This document shows positions 25,651 to 35,179 of a stretch of DNA of 64,000 bases, piece by piece. The notes beneath the pieces are model-generated. The model made no database searches and was not told where the DNA came from. It saw nothing but the letters and a program-made list of their open reading frames with translations. The stretch comes from an uncultured Lachnospiraceae bacterium (GTDB lineage Bacteria > Bacillota > Clostridia > Oscillospirales > CAG-272), in assembly GCA_964413365.1 (NCBI GenBank), contig CAYPRM010000003.1:857-64856 (forward strand), read 5' to 3'. Within the stretch, counting starts at the first letter, position 1. Each line of letters starts with the position of its first letter. The position numbers were made by a program, and so were the translations under genes.

Positions 25651-26499
25651 TCAATCCACATCTATGTCTGTGCCCTCATGGTAGAGGCCTTTTTTATAGA
25701 TCTGCGGGAAGTTATCCTTATTTATGAATCTATCGAACACGTTATGCGCGTGGAGGGTAAAGAGCAATATGCCGTAGGCAAAGCCGACGAGTGCCATAAA
25801 GATCATTACGATGAGGTAGATCCAATAGACGCTATTAAAGGTAAGCAACAGAAGGATGGGAGCGAGGGTTGCGAGAAGGATCAAGGTAGTACGCGGCAGG
25901 GACATCCAAACAAGGAAGAAGCTATTCTTCACTATTTTGAACATTCCATCGCTATAAACCGCTATACTGCAATACTGGAACATCAGAAGCATTACCGCGA
26001 CTGCGACGAGGAATGCCTGCAATATGACGACGATCCAATATGCCGAGCCGAGCTTAACATTGAGGTTCAAGGTATTGACTGTATAGCTGAGTGCGCCAAC
26101 GAACACCGAAAACAGGACGCCTGCGCAGATACTCTGCGGTGCGTTTTGCTTAATGCCGCGGCAAAAGTCCTTGAAAAAATGCAGTTCCTCACGCCAGACG
26201 AGGCGGCGCACGACATAGAACGCGCCCGACGCACCGACGGAAAGTATTGCAAAGGCAGGTATGAGCCAGATGTACATTCTCGTTTGAATAGTGTACAGCT
26301 CGAGCATTGCCGCATTTCCGAGGTCGCCGAGCATATATATCTCAAGCATTGACCAGAGGAAAACGAGTATTGCCGGGATCGCAAAGACCAGCATGGCAAG
26401 GCTCACCTTCAGCAATGTGGGGTATTCATTTCTAAACGCTCCGATAAAGACGTCCCTTCGGTCAAACGGTCTGTCATTTTTCAAATTACTTTCCTTCAT
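25651..26499 (-). CDS. YesL-like (DUF624) integral membrane protein
   Basis: About 282 aa from the ATG at 26499, after agaggga, with about 6 TM helices. This family is typically associated with sugar ABC operons in Firmicutes. Confidence 0.6.
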   Translation of the reverse strand: MKESNLKNDRPFDRRDVFIGAFRNEYPTLLKVSLAMLVFAIPAILVFLWSMLEIYMLGDLGNAAMLELYTIQTRMYIWLIPAFAILSVGASGAFYVVRRLVWREELHFFKDFCRGIKQNAPQSICAGVLFSVFVGALSYTVNTLNLNVKLGSAYWIVVILQAFLVAVAVMLLMFQYCSIAVYSDGMFKIVKNSFFLVWMSLPRTTLILLATLAPILLLLTFNSVYWIYLIVMIFMALVGFAYGILLFTLHAHNVFDRFINKDNFPQIYKKGLYHEGTDIDVD

Positions 26500-26515
26500 A
26501 CTTCCCTCTTTATTT

Positions 26516-26551
26516 AACTCAATTGCAGTGCTTACGCACTGCAATTGAGTT
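26516..26551 (-). other. perfect 15-bp intercistronic hairpin just upstream of the yesL-like RBS
   Basis: Arms aactcaattgcagtg (26516-26530) / cactgcaattgagtt (26537-26551) with a 6-nt loop. No U-run follows on the minus-strand transcript. Confidence 0.5.
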
Positions 26552-26561
26552 TATTTATAGA

Positions 26562-28256
26562 TTATTCAGCTGCGCCGAGCGTTACGCCTGTGATCGTTGC
26601 GCGGTAACCTACGTTACATGCGATAACGATGGTAACGTCCTCGCCGACACACTCGGTGAGGTCATAGCTCATAGCGAATACCTGATTATTCTCTGCGACG
26701 TCGACCTTCGTCCAATCCGTCTGCTTGAGTACGTTTCCTGCGCTATCAAGGACGATAACGGATACCCAAGGATAGAAGAGATGGTTGGGATCTGCTGCCG
26801 CGGGATCCTTGCAGTTGTCAAGGTTCGTTATGGTTGCGGAGATATCGAGCTTGCAATTCTCGCTCGTGATATCCGTAGTCATATACATATAGGAGTTTAC
26901 GCCCTGAGGATCTTCAGGATCGAAATCCTCTGCCTTCCACGGATCTGCGCCGTTGAGCTGTATTCCCTCATTTACGGTGCCTACGCCTCCGCTGATCGAC
27001 CACTTTTCCTTAAGTGCTGCAGCGTCGAAGATTCTATCGGTGATCTTGGTATGGAGCATGATGCTCGTAAGACCGTCAACTCCGTTTACCTCAAGGTACT
27101 TGGGCTCGTTGCCGCCAAATTCAATTCTGTCAAGGCAGCAGTGGTAGCCCGTCTTTGTTCCGAGAATGAACACAACGGTCTGTCCGTTATACGCGGAGAG
27201 GTCGAAGGTTACAGGCATGAAGCCCTCGGTCGTAATCTGCTTGAAGGTATCAACTTCGGTGATGAGGTTGCCCTGCTCGTCGATGAGGTAGATACCGAGC
27301 TCTGCAAGCTTCGAGCCCGAGAAGTCGCCTGCGGATTCACCTGCGTGATCTGCACCGCCGTTCTGACCGAAGAAGATTCTTGCATAAGCCGTAAGGAACT
27401 GATGGTTCTCGTCGATCTTGACCTTGCCGTATATGAACGCTACCATATTGGAGTTATCACTCTTTGTATCGGCGTTGATGCAAAGTCCCTCGCTGTGCGC
27501 CTCTACCTTAGAGGTGCCTGCAAGTCCGTCGGGGCTGCGTCCGAGGTTGCCAAGCTGGGTATTATTGAGAACAAGCTGACTTGCAGGGAGAACGGTGAGT
27601 GCCTCGAGCTGGCTGGGCTTTATACCAGGCATCTCGGGGAGGTCGTTCTGAACGAGCTGGAAGTTCACGGTCGCAATGCCGTTCGTGCCGAAGGAGCGTA
27701 CCGTTACGGTCTTTCTGCTCTGACCGTAGCCCTCAATATTAGCGGAGATCGTCTTTGTTCCGTGCATAGGAACGTTGGGAATCTCGTAGTCGCCGTTTGC
27801 GTCGGTTACTACCTGTACATTGCCAAGGGAGATCACTACGCCCTCAAGCTTCTTCGAGGTCAAGCCGTCAACGCTGACGTTGCCCTTGATCGTGCCGACG
27901 CCGTCAGCCATAACTATGGTGAGCGTGCAGATGCCGTTCTCATCAAAGCTATCCGCTGTAACTACAGCCTCGGTGTTAGCATATCCCTTGAGGATCGCTG
28001 TGAGTGTGAGTCCGTTGCCGTCCACGTCATTAAGAGTGAACTTGCCGTTCTCATCGGTCTCTACAAAATCCTCTTCCTCGCCGTAGTACACCTCTACCGA
28101 CTCCAAGGGCTCGCCCTCGGAGTCAGTTACAAGGCCTTTTATCACGTACGTATCAGGTCCTTCCGGTGTGGGTGTGGGGCTCGGGCATGCTGTGAGAACA
28201 GATGCACAGAGCACCATGGCGATGATCAATATTAATGTTCTTTTGATGTTTCTCAT
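26562..28256 (-). CDS. lipoprotein with N-terminal carboxypeptidase-regulatory-like (Ig-like beta-sandwich) repeats, function unknown
   Basis: 564 aa. The signal peptide carries lipobox LTAC. Repeated segments such as IKGLVTDSEGEPLESVEV, LKGYANTE and IKGNVSVDG...VISLG are typical of CarboxypepD_reg-like folds. Confidence 0.6.
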   Translation of the reverse strand: MRNIKRTLILIIAMVLCASVLTACPSPTPTPEGPDTYVIKGLVTDSEGEPLESVEVYYGEEEDFVETDENGKFTLNDVDGNGLTLTAILKGYANTEAVVTADSFDENGICTLTIVMADGVGTIKGNVSVDGLTSKKLEGVVISLGNVQVVTDANGDYEIPNVPMHGTKTISANIEGYGQSRKTVTVRSFGTNGIATVNFQLVQNDLPEMPGIKPSQLEALTVLPASQLVLNNTQLGNLGRSPDGLAGTSKVEAHSEGLCINADTKSDNSNMVAFIYGKVKIDENHQFLTAYARIFFGQNGGADHAGESAGDFSGSKLAELGIYLIDEQGNLITEVDTFKQITTEGFMPVTFDLSAYNGQTVVFILGTKTGYHCCLDRIEFGGNEPKYLEVNGVDGLTSIMLHTKITDRIFDAAALKEKWSISGGVGTVNEGIQLNGADPWKAEDFDPEDPQGVNSYMYMTTDITSENCKLDISATITNLDNCKDPAAADPNHLFYPWVSVIVLDSAGNVLKQTDWTKVDVAENNQVFAMSYDLTECVGEDVTIVIACNVGYRATITGVTLGAAE

Positions 28257-28268
28257 TGTTTCCTCCTA

Positions 28269-31200
28269 TTATTCGATTACGTTTGTACCGAATGCCTTGA
28301 ATTCAGAGATACCGAACCAATCGTTCTTAGAGGTGCCGATGTTCTTTATCTTGACAGAGGTCGTTCTGATAGCCTCATCAAGTACAAGTGTCTGCGCCTG
28401 ATTGGTCTCCTTAAGATCGCTCCACCTTATGACCGTACCGTCGGAGAACTCAAGCTCAAGCTCGGTAAGATAAGCGTCGTGCGGGAAATCTGCACGGATG
28501 AAGAGCTCGAAGTAATAAAGCTCTACTTCTCTGCCGAAGTCTATCTTGAGCCACTTATCCTCTACGCTCGCACTCTTATCAGGTCCCCAGCTCTGGTTGG
28601 GGAAGTTTCCGTGTCCACGGTTCGTGATAAAGCCGTCGAATGCGTTCGAGGGGAAGAAGTTTCCGTATCCGTCATTCTCCCATGCGCTTCCTGCAGTTAT
28701 TCTGCAATCTGCACTGCCGTACTCGGCATCATAGGGATTGAGAGCGACGTTATAGGTCGCATGGAGATCCTCCTCGCTCGGAAGGAACGCGGTAATCGTG
28801 GGATGCGTATAAACGTAAGCATTGCTTCCTACTGTAAGGTTAGGAAGGATATTCTCTGCGTATTCGGGTACGGTATAGGTGAATACGCCGTCGGGGCAAT
28901 ACTGAAGTGAAAGCTCCATCTTAGGATTGAGATTGAACCAGATGTACTCATATCCCTTAGGAAGCGTTACAACGACCGTATCACCGGGTTCGATCTTCTT
29001 ATCGAGGTAAAGGATCGCAAGATGTCTGCTCTCAACGGAGCCTATATAGTTACCGTTCTTATCGAAGTACTCTATGAGCACCTTCTTCTTAGTGAGCTGA
29101 CCTGCGATATTAGCCTTATTGAGCTCGTCGATCTTGGTATAGTAATCGCGCATATTCTGACGTCTCTCAGCCTCGCCCATCTCAAGCGAGCCCCAGTTCT
29201 CGGACGCCTCATTATATGTTCCTCTGAAGGGTACGCCAAGGTCTATCCATGCGGCGATGCGGTAGATGTCCTCTTTAGTGATGGCACCGGAGGAAAGAAG
29301 TCCCTGGTGGTCATTCATGAGCATCTCGATAATGCCGCTCTGTGTTGAGCCGTGTGCGTATGCGGGAATGGTCGTAGGATCGCTCATTCCGCCTATCCAG
29401 TCGGTGATATCATTTGTGGGAGTTCCGCAATAGAAGTTGCCCTTAAGGAACGAGCCTGTAAGCACGAGGTAGGAGAGATAATAATCCACCTTATCACGGC
29501 TTGCAACTCTGATCTCATCCGTAAGTGCCACGGGCGAGGTAACAGCAGGATCTACCGTATTATTGCATGTAAGCTCGACGTACATATACGATCCGCCCAT
29601 TGCATTGAGTGCGCGTGCGGTGATAGTATTTGTACCCTCATGGAGGAGTGCCTTCTGAGCCTCGGTAAGCTCAAAGTAGGTCGTACCTGTGATGTATGTT
29701 CCGCCTGCATTTACGGAGTCGATCCTTGTGCCATTAAGGAAGAGCTGAGGATCCTCGTCGTACTGCCACTTAATGAAGAATCTGCCGTTAAGCTGATCTG
29801 CGGTGAGCTCGAACTTCTGAGTCATATAGAAGCAAGCGTTGGAATCAGCACCCCATGTAATGGAGCTTCCCGAGTCGCTTCCGAATGGCTGTCTTGCCGT
29901 CGACCACGAGGGATCGAAGTCGGCACTCGTCCAGTTAATGCTCTCGCTCTTATTGGTTACGAGATATTTCCACGATGCGCTCGTTACGGTAGTTCCGATA
30001 TTCTCGGAGATGCCCTGACTTCCGAGGCGGTCGTTAGCTATCTCAACATTATTATGACACGATACGCAGCTTCTGTCAAGTATGGGCTGTATTTCAGCCG
30101 CATAGCTGAAGCCCTTATAATCCGTATAAGGATCATAATCCTCGTAATCCTCGGTAGTCATCCAAAGATCCTTCTGAAGCTTTTGAACGCCCTTCTTCAT
30201 AGCCATGGTAATACTACCTACGCTATTGGGAACGTTATTCTTATTCTCGTGACAGCCCACGCAGGAGAAGGTCTCACCGGGCATGAGCGTCGACCAGCTT
30301 CTCATCGACTGAATGAGCAAGCCATCCTCGTCAAGGAGCTGGAAGTATACGGGAATGTCGGACGGGCAGCTGAACATTACAGAGCCGTCCTCCTCAACGG
30401 GAACGATACCAAGCACCTGCTTTACGTCCCACGTGGAGTTTGCAGTACCTACGGGCGTTGAGGGGTCGGAGGTTCCGAAGCCGTCGGGATATGCAGAGCT
30501 ATTACCTGCGGAGACTGCTCCGACAGCATAAGGTCTGTAATCAATAGCAACGACTCTGAGGTACTTAACTGTTCCGAATTCGACATCCTTCATAGTGTCG
30601 CCCTCGTATACGTTTGCAACGTAGTATGTACCTACATTGGTTGCGTAATTGACCATACTCGGTCTTACGAATGCGCGCTTTGTACGGATGGGAACTATCT
30701 GCGAGCAGGAGATCGCGCTGCCGTTAGTATTTGCTACGCAGACTATCTCGCCCGTCTTGGAATTATAGTAGTAGAGGTTGAATTTTGTTTCCTGCTTTGC
30801 ACTTGCCCACGAATCGGCTCTTGCAAAGAACATTTCATTTTCGTTGATGGCAACGGGATATTTATATATCCTACCGACCTGACCGAGAGTATCGAAGCTC
30901 TCGCCTGACTCTGCCGCCTCAAACACGTAGTCAACGGGCGACTGACCGTCGCGCTCGATCGCCGTATCAATTATAGCAAGCTTACCGCCCTGTGTTACAT
31001 GGTGTCCGGAGACGATGGTAAGGTACTTGCTCGATGAGCCAGGGATCGCAACGGTGTGCATTACCGTTGTGGGGTTATTGGTATTATTACCGAAAACAGC
31101 CGTCTGTCCTGTGCCGTCGGAGTTCATTGAGAAGAGCGCCTGCACGAACATCTGTGTTCTGTCGTTATAGTCCCAACGTGTATAGAGAACTCTGCCGTCC

Positions 31201-31934
31201 TCTGTAACTGTGGGGTATGTGGTATGAACCTGATCGTAGCCGACACGAATGATATTCGAGCCGTCTGCGTTGCAGATGTAGAGGTTGGAAACGGGTGTTT
31301 TCCAGCAGTCAACGATCTGAACCGCTCTCGAGGACGAGAACACGATCTGACCGTTTGCGAGCCACTTAGGCTCCGTATCGCTTATGCCCTGTCCGAAGGT
31401 GATCTGCTCAAGATACTCCGTTTCAAGGTCATAGGTGTAAAGATGGTAGTCATCCTGCTTATTCTGCTTCCAGCTGAAAACGACCGTCTTGCCGTCTGCA
31501 GAAACATCGGGATCTCTCACGACGCCGTTAGGAGAGTCGATGATGACCTCCTCCTCGCTCTGAAGGTTGCCCTCAAGGTCGTAGGAGAGCTTCAGCTTAA
31601 GGAGCTGAGAGCCCGGCCAGAACACGCCCTCGTTGCCCTCGCCGCCGTTGATGCCTGCGAGGTCGTCGGTAAGTCCCTCTGTATATGCGTAGAAGGATCC
31701 TGCCATGGGCTTATGGCGAGTGATGATATACTCGGATGCGTATCCGTCGATAACGTCTGCGAGCGAGCCGTAATACTGAGTTCCGCCGATGGTCTGAGTA
31801 TTGAGACCTGTGGCGTTGGCATTCACTACGGAATCGGTATAGCCGTCCACGGTATTGCACGCTGAGAGTACAAGACAAAGAAGCAAGAGAGCTGAGATGG
31901 CAATGATGCCTGCTTTTTTATTCATTTTCTTCAT
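28269..31934 (-). CDS. 1221-aa lipoprotein: TolB/PD40-like propeller (hydrazine-synthase-alpha-like) region, two CXXCH haem-c motifs, C-terminal discoidin (F5/8 type C) domain
   Basis: - Lipobox LSAC.
- Propeller-like strings: DVSADGKTVVFS, LANGQIVFSS, NADGSNIIRV, TEDGRVLYTRWDYNDR.
- CVGCH is encoded at 30249-30263.
- CVSCH is encoded at 30054-30068, in the context AAEIQPILDRSCVSCHNN, which resembles the Planctomycete cytochrome-C-type motif.
- The C-terminus NAFDG...WLKIDFGREVELYYFELF is discoidin-like. Confidence 0.7.
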   Translation of the reverse strand: MKKMNKKAGIIAISALLLLCLVLSACNTVDGYTDSVVNANATGLNTQTIGGTQYYGSLADVIDGYASEYIITRHKPMAGSFYAYTEGLTDDLAGINGGEGNEGVFWPGSQLLKLKLSYDLEGNLQSEEEVIIDSPNGVVRDPDVSADGKTVVFSWKQNKQDDYHLYTYDLETEYLEQITFGQGISDTEPKWLANGQIVFSSSRAVQIVDCWKTPVSNLYICNADGSNIIRVGYDQVHTTYPTVTEDGRVLYTRWDYNDRTQMFVQALFSMNSDGTGQTAVFGNNTNNPTTVMHTVAIPGSSSKYLTIVSGHHVTQGGKLAIIDTAIERDGQSPVDYVFEAAESGESFDTLGQVGRIYKYPVAINENEMFFARADSWASAKQETKFNLYYYNSKTGEIVCVANTNGSAISCSQIVPIRTKRAFVRPSMVNYATNVGTYYVANVYEGDTMKDVEFGTVKYLRVVAIDYRPYAVGAVSAGNSSAYPDGFGTSDPSTPVGTANSTWDVKQVLGIVPVEEDGSVMFSCPSDIPVYFQLLDEDGLLIQSMRSWSTLMPGETFSCVGCHENKNNVPNSVGSITMAMKKGVQKLQKDLWMTTEDYEDYDPYTDYKGFSYAAEIQPILDRSCVSCHNNVEIANDRLGSQGISENIGTTVTSASWKYLVTNKSESINWTSADFDPSWSTARQPFGSDSGSSITWGADSNACFYMTQKFELTADQLNGRFFIKWQYDEDPQLFLNGTRIDSVNAGGTYITGTTYFELTEAQKALLHEGTNTITARALNAMGGSYMYVELTCNNTVDPAVTSPVALTDEIRVASRDKVDYYLSYLVLTGSFLKGNFYCGTPTNDITDWIGGMSDPTTIPAYAHGSTQSGIIEMLMNDHQGLLSSGAITKEDIYRIAAWIDLGVPFRGTYNEASENWGSLEMGEAERRQNMRDYYTKIDELNKANIAGQLTKKKVLIEYFDKNGNYIGSVESRHLAILYLDKKIEPGDTVVVTLPKGYEYIWFNLNPKMELSLQYCPDGVFTYTVPEYAENILPNLTVGSNAYVYTHPTITAFLPSEEDLHATYNVALNPYDAEYGSADCRITAGSAWENDGYGNFFPSNAFDGFITNRGHGNFPNQSWGPDKSASVEDKWLKIDFGREVELYYFELFIRADFPHDAYLTELELEFSDGTVIRWSDLKETNQAQTLVLDEAIRTTSVKIKNIGTSKNDWFGISEFKAFGTNVIE

Positions 31935-31945
31935 AGCCTGCCTCC

Positions 31946-34397
31946 TTATTTATAGTACACGCGAAGGGGTGTAGCCAAGCTCTCGGTAGTATTGTCAGCA
32001 TTGACGATAACTATCTCGTAGTAGCTTCCCTTTGCGAGGTCGTCGGGTATATCCAGATCGCACTCAAACACTGCGTAGTCGCCCTTTTCCATATTGGTAA
32101 GGACTGCAGCGACGGTTTGAGATATCTGAATTCCGTACTGATTATAAAGCTTTACTGTTACGTAAGCGTTCTTATCGGTATCCCACTGCTTACGAACCGT
32201 GATCTTATTCATTGTTCTTCCAGGAACGAGGAGAGTTACAGCGAGGTCATTTGTTCCGTCATTTCTGTCGAAGAACACCTGCTCTACTCCATAATATTCG
32301 CCCTCGGAGCCGATGGAAAGAATATAATTCGAGAGATCCTTTACCTGATCGGGTGTGATCTCATGTCCTGCGGACTGGACGAAGAAGCGAACTGCCTCCT
32401 CCATGGTAGCACAGCTGCCGTTGAAGGTATAGGGTGCTGTTCTCCAGATCTCAACGAGCGTGGGGGTATCGAAGCTTCTTGACTCCCATGTATCGTCGAG
32501 GTCGAGCGATGCGGAATCGTGCATCTGCATATCAGTGTAGTTAGGACCTGTATGGCAGGATGCGCAATTAAACTGTGCGAAGAGCTCCTTACCGCGCTGT
32601 GCGGATTCCGTCAATGTGCCGTCTCTGTTGAGATAAGGGCTCTGCGTGGGTGTGAGAGATCTAAGGTAGGAGTCGATGCAATCAAGGAGCTCCTCCTCCA
32701 TCGTATTGAACTGAATGAACTGCATACCCTTACGTACTGCGATCTCAGCGGTTTCACGCGCACCGGTTATCATTTCCGGAGGTGTTCTGTGGGAGTACAG
32801 CATCGACTTTGCCTGCTTGGGGTTTCCAAGTCCGTCGTTGAGGTTATCCCAGTTAAAGCCGTCGGCTCTTGCATCGGGATGGCAGCTTGCGCAGGATTCC
32901 CACGACTGATAGCAGTAATTGCCGTCATACCAGAGTATCTCGCCGATCCTCTCGGGAGTGGGTGCACCCTGACTTCCGATCATATAGAGCTCCGTCTCGC
33001 GGTCGCCGTATTCATCGGTATCAAGTGCAATTTTTGTTATCGTACCGTCAAAGTACTGTGTGAGGTATGCATACTGCATGTCGTACTCATCAGCGAGGAC
33101 TACCTCACGACTGATAGCAGTAATTGCCGTCATACCAGAGTATCTCGCCGATCCTCTCGGGAGTGGGTGCACCCTGACTTCCGATCATATAGAGCTCCGT
33201 CTCGCGGTCGCCGTATTCATCGGTATCAAGTGCAATTTTTGTTATCGTACCGTCAAAGTACTGTGTGAGGTATGCATACTGCATGTCGTACTCATCAGCG
33301 AGGACTACCTCACGGACGCCGTTACCGCCAACATTTATCCTCTCGCAGAAATCTGCGGAGAATTCCACGCGGTCGACTACCTGACTTATGCCGTAGCCGA
33401 AGCTTCCGTTCTCAACGCTCTGAAGCTTTGCGAGCATTGCGGTCTCGTCGATAACGGATATCTGTCCGAGTCCGCTTATAGCGCAAACTATCTTAGCGTT
33501 CTTACCGCTTCCTATAACGTCAATTCCCCATGGGTTGGATGCACCGTATTCAACGTTGTCGAGCAGAACGCCTGCCCAAACTCTCTCGGATACTGCGTCA
33601 ACCACGGTGATTCCGTTGGTGTTGATCCAGCCGCGGTCAAGCTGGGATGTGGGGTACGTATATCTTGCGAAAAGATTGGAGATATAGATATATCTGCCGT
33701 CCGAGGAGACAGCGATATCCTTGACTCCGCCCGTACCGTTGATGAGCTCGATCCTGTTATCAACCTTATTTACCTCAGGATCGATGATGAAAAGATCCGC
33801 AGATACGCTATCGCCCGTGGCCTTTCCACTCGGAAGATGACATGCCACAAAGATCTTCCCCTGCGTAGCCGCTATTGCAATGGGCTCTCTGCCAAGACTG
33901 AGATCTATAGTCGCTACCGTAGAGGAGAGATCCTCTGTAAGTACCGTTATAGAATTGGAAAATCTATTTACGACATAGATATTTCCGTTCAGCACCAAAG
34001 CATCAGTGGGTGTATGACCGACCTCTGCCTTGGAAATGAGTGCAAGAGAGCTGTCAAAGCGATATATCTCGCCTGCAAGCTCGCCAACGAGCGCGTAGAT
34101 GTTATCGCCGTTTACGTAAACTGCGTTAACAGGCTGCCCGAAGGAATAGGATCTGAGGACTGTACCCTCTGCATTGAGCTTATAAAGCTTATTGCCCGTA
34201 GCGTCGGAGACGAACATTGATTCTCCCTTGAGCGCGATGCCCGAGGGTGATATGTATTCCTCTGAGGTATGGAACACATTTACAGACTCAAAGTCCGGCT
34301 TCTCCTTAACGCACGATGTGATGACCAATGCGGACACCAGCACGAGCAGCAAGCATGAAATGCTCAAGAGAAGGTTTTTCTTGATTGTTTTTTTCAT
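31946..34397 (-). pseudogene. lipoprotein with YVTN-type beta-propeller plus di-haem cytochrome c peroxidase (CCP/MauG)-like domain, interrupted by a 205-bp tandem duplication
   Basis: - The N-terminal ORF (34397 down to the stop at 33105) has lipobox ITSC and propeller repeats.
- The C-terminal ORF (to 31946) carries CASCH twice (32879-32893 and 32552-32566), plus FDTPTLVEIWRTAPY, which is CCP-like.
- Both ORFs contain the same 68-aa segment EVVLADEYD...NYCYQS.
- Deleting one 205-bp copy gives one 2289-nt (762-codon) frame. Confidence 0.8.
32901..33310. repeat. perfect 2 x 205-bp direct tandem duplication
   Basis: Copy 1 (32901-33105) and copy 2 (33106-33310) are identical by eye and bounded by the 4-nt microhomology cacg. 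205 is not a multiple of 3. A TGA is created exactly at the junction (cagtcgTGAggt). Confidence 0.9.
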
Positions 34398-34416
34398 AAA
34401 CACCTCCATAAAATAT

Positions 34417-35178
34417 TCATGAATAAGAGTGCAATGCATCCTCTACTGCATTTACACCTACAAACGTGATCAAAAGGCTCACAAACGCCAATATCAGTAT
34501 CGGCGCGATAGCCCGCTTGAAGGACTTGTGCTTCCTTACGTGGAAATATATCGCGTAGAGGCAGGCGGTGATGAGCGCCCAATTCTCCTTGGGGTCCCAC
34601 GACCAATAATTACCCCAGCACTCATTTGCCCAGATAGCACCGAGGAACATTCCTGCGACCATGAACGGAAATGCCGTGATAACGGTCGCGTATATGGACT
34701 TCTCGGTCTCGAGCCTTGCTTCCCCGTCCTTCTTTTGGAAAAGCATTATCACCGTCTGCACGAATGCAACGGCACAGAGTGAATAAGAAAGCATATAGCA
34801 CAGTATGTGCGGAATAAAGAACACCGACTGCAGAGCAGGTGCGCGATGCCATATCATCGTATTGAACATCGCAAACGATCCGATCATACAGATGCTCGCG
34901 CAGAGCGTGAAGTATGCGAATTCTATTTTTGCCCCTCTGACGAAGTGGATCAGCAGATACGCAAGCGGGAAGCAGATGCTGACGAAGGCGAGCACCTGAT
35001 ACATACTGATAAAGGGCACGTATCCGTTATAGATCCAGTTCGCCGCCACTACCACGCCGCAGAGCGTAAAGCCGAGCGTGGTGAGGTATCTTGCATATTT
35101 GCTTTTTTTCACAAGGAGCAGAGTCGCACCGAGCAGAATCAGCGCGGCAAGTATCATAACGATTCTCAGCCAAGTCAT
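34417..35178 (-). CDS. ccsA: cytochrome c biogenesis protein CcsA/ResC (System II haem handling, WWD domain)
   Basis: 253 aa, multi-TM. Tryptophan-rich signature WANECWGNYWSWDPKENWAL, flanking conserved histidines (PALQSVFFIPHI and AIYFHV). Confidence 0.85.
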   Translation of the reverse strand: MTWLRIVMILAALILLGATLLLVKKSKYARYLTTLGFTLCGVVVAANWIYNGYVPFISMYQVLAFVSICFPLAYLLIHFVRGAKIEFAYFTLCASICMIGSFAMFNTMIWHRAPALQSVFFIPHILCYMLSYSLCAVAFVQTVIMLFQKKDGEARLETEKSIYATVITAFPFMVAGMFLGAIWANECWGNYWSWDPKENWALITACLYAIYFHVRKHKSFKRAIAPILILAFVSLLITFVGVNAVEDALHSYS

Positions 35179-35179
35179 A

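Noticed and set aside
32770-33172. ORF 32770..32967 and the N-terminus MHPLPRGSARYSGMTAITAISR of ORF 31946..33172, considered as real coding starts.
   Set aside because: Both are out-of-frame readings of the duplicated 205-bp unit, which is why the same peptide appears twice. The start at 33172 is a GTG with no RBS.
13455-34220. Other long opposite-strand ORFs in the track: 13455..14441, 16855..17835, 18100..18996, 19605..21041, 25639..26352, 26523..28235, 29352..30461, 31224..31865, 32519..33268 and 33060..34220.
   Set aside because: Each lies fully inside a better-supported gene on the other strand (pilus protein, ABC, nrdD, yesL-like, lipoproteins). None has an RBS or a recognisable motif.
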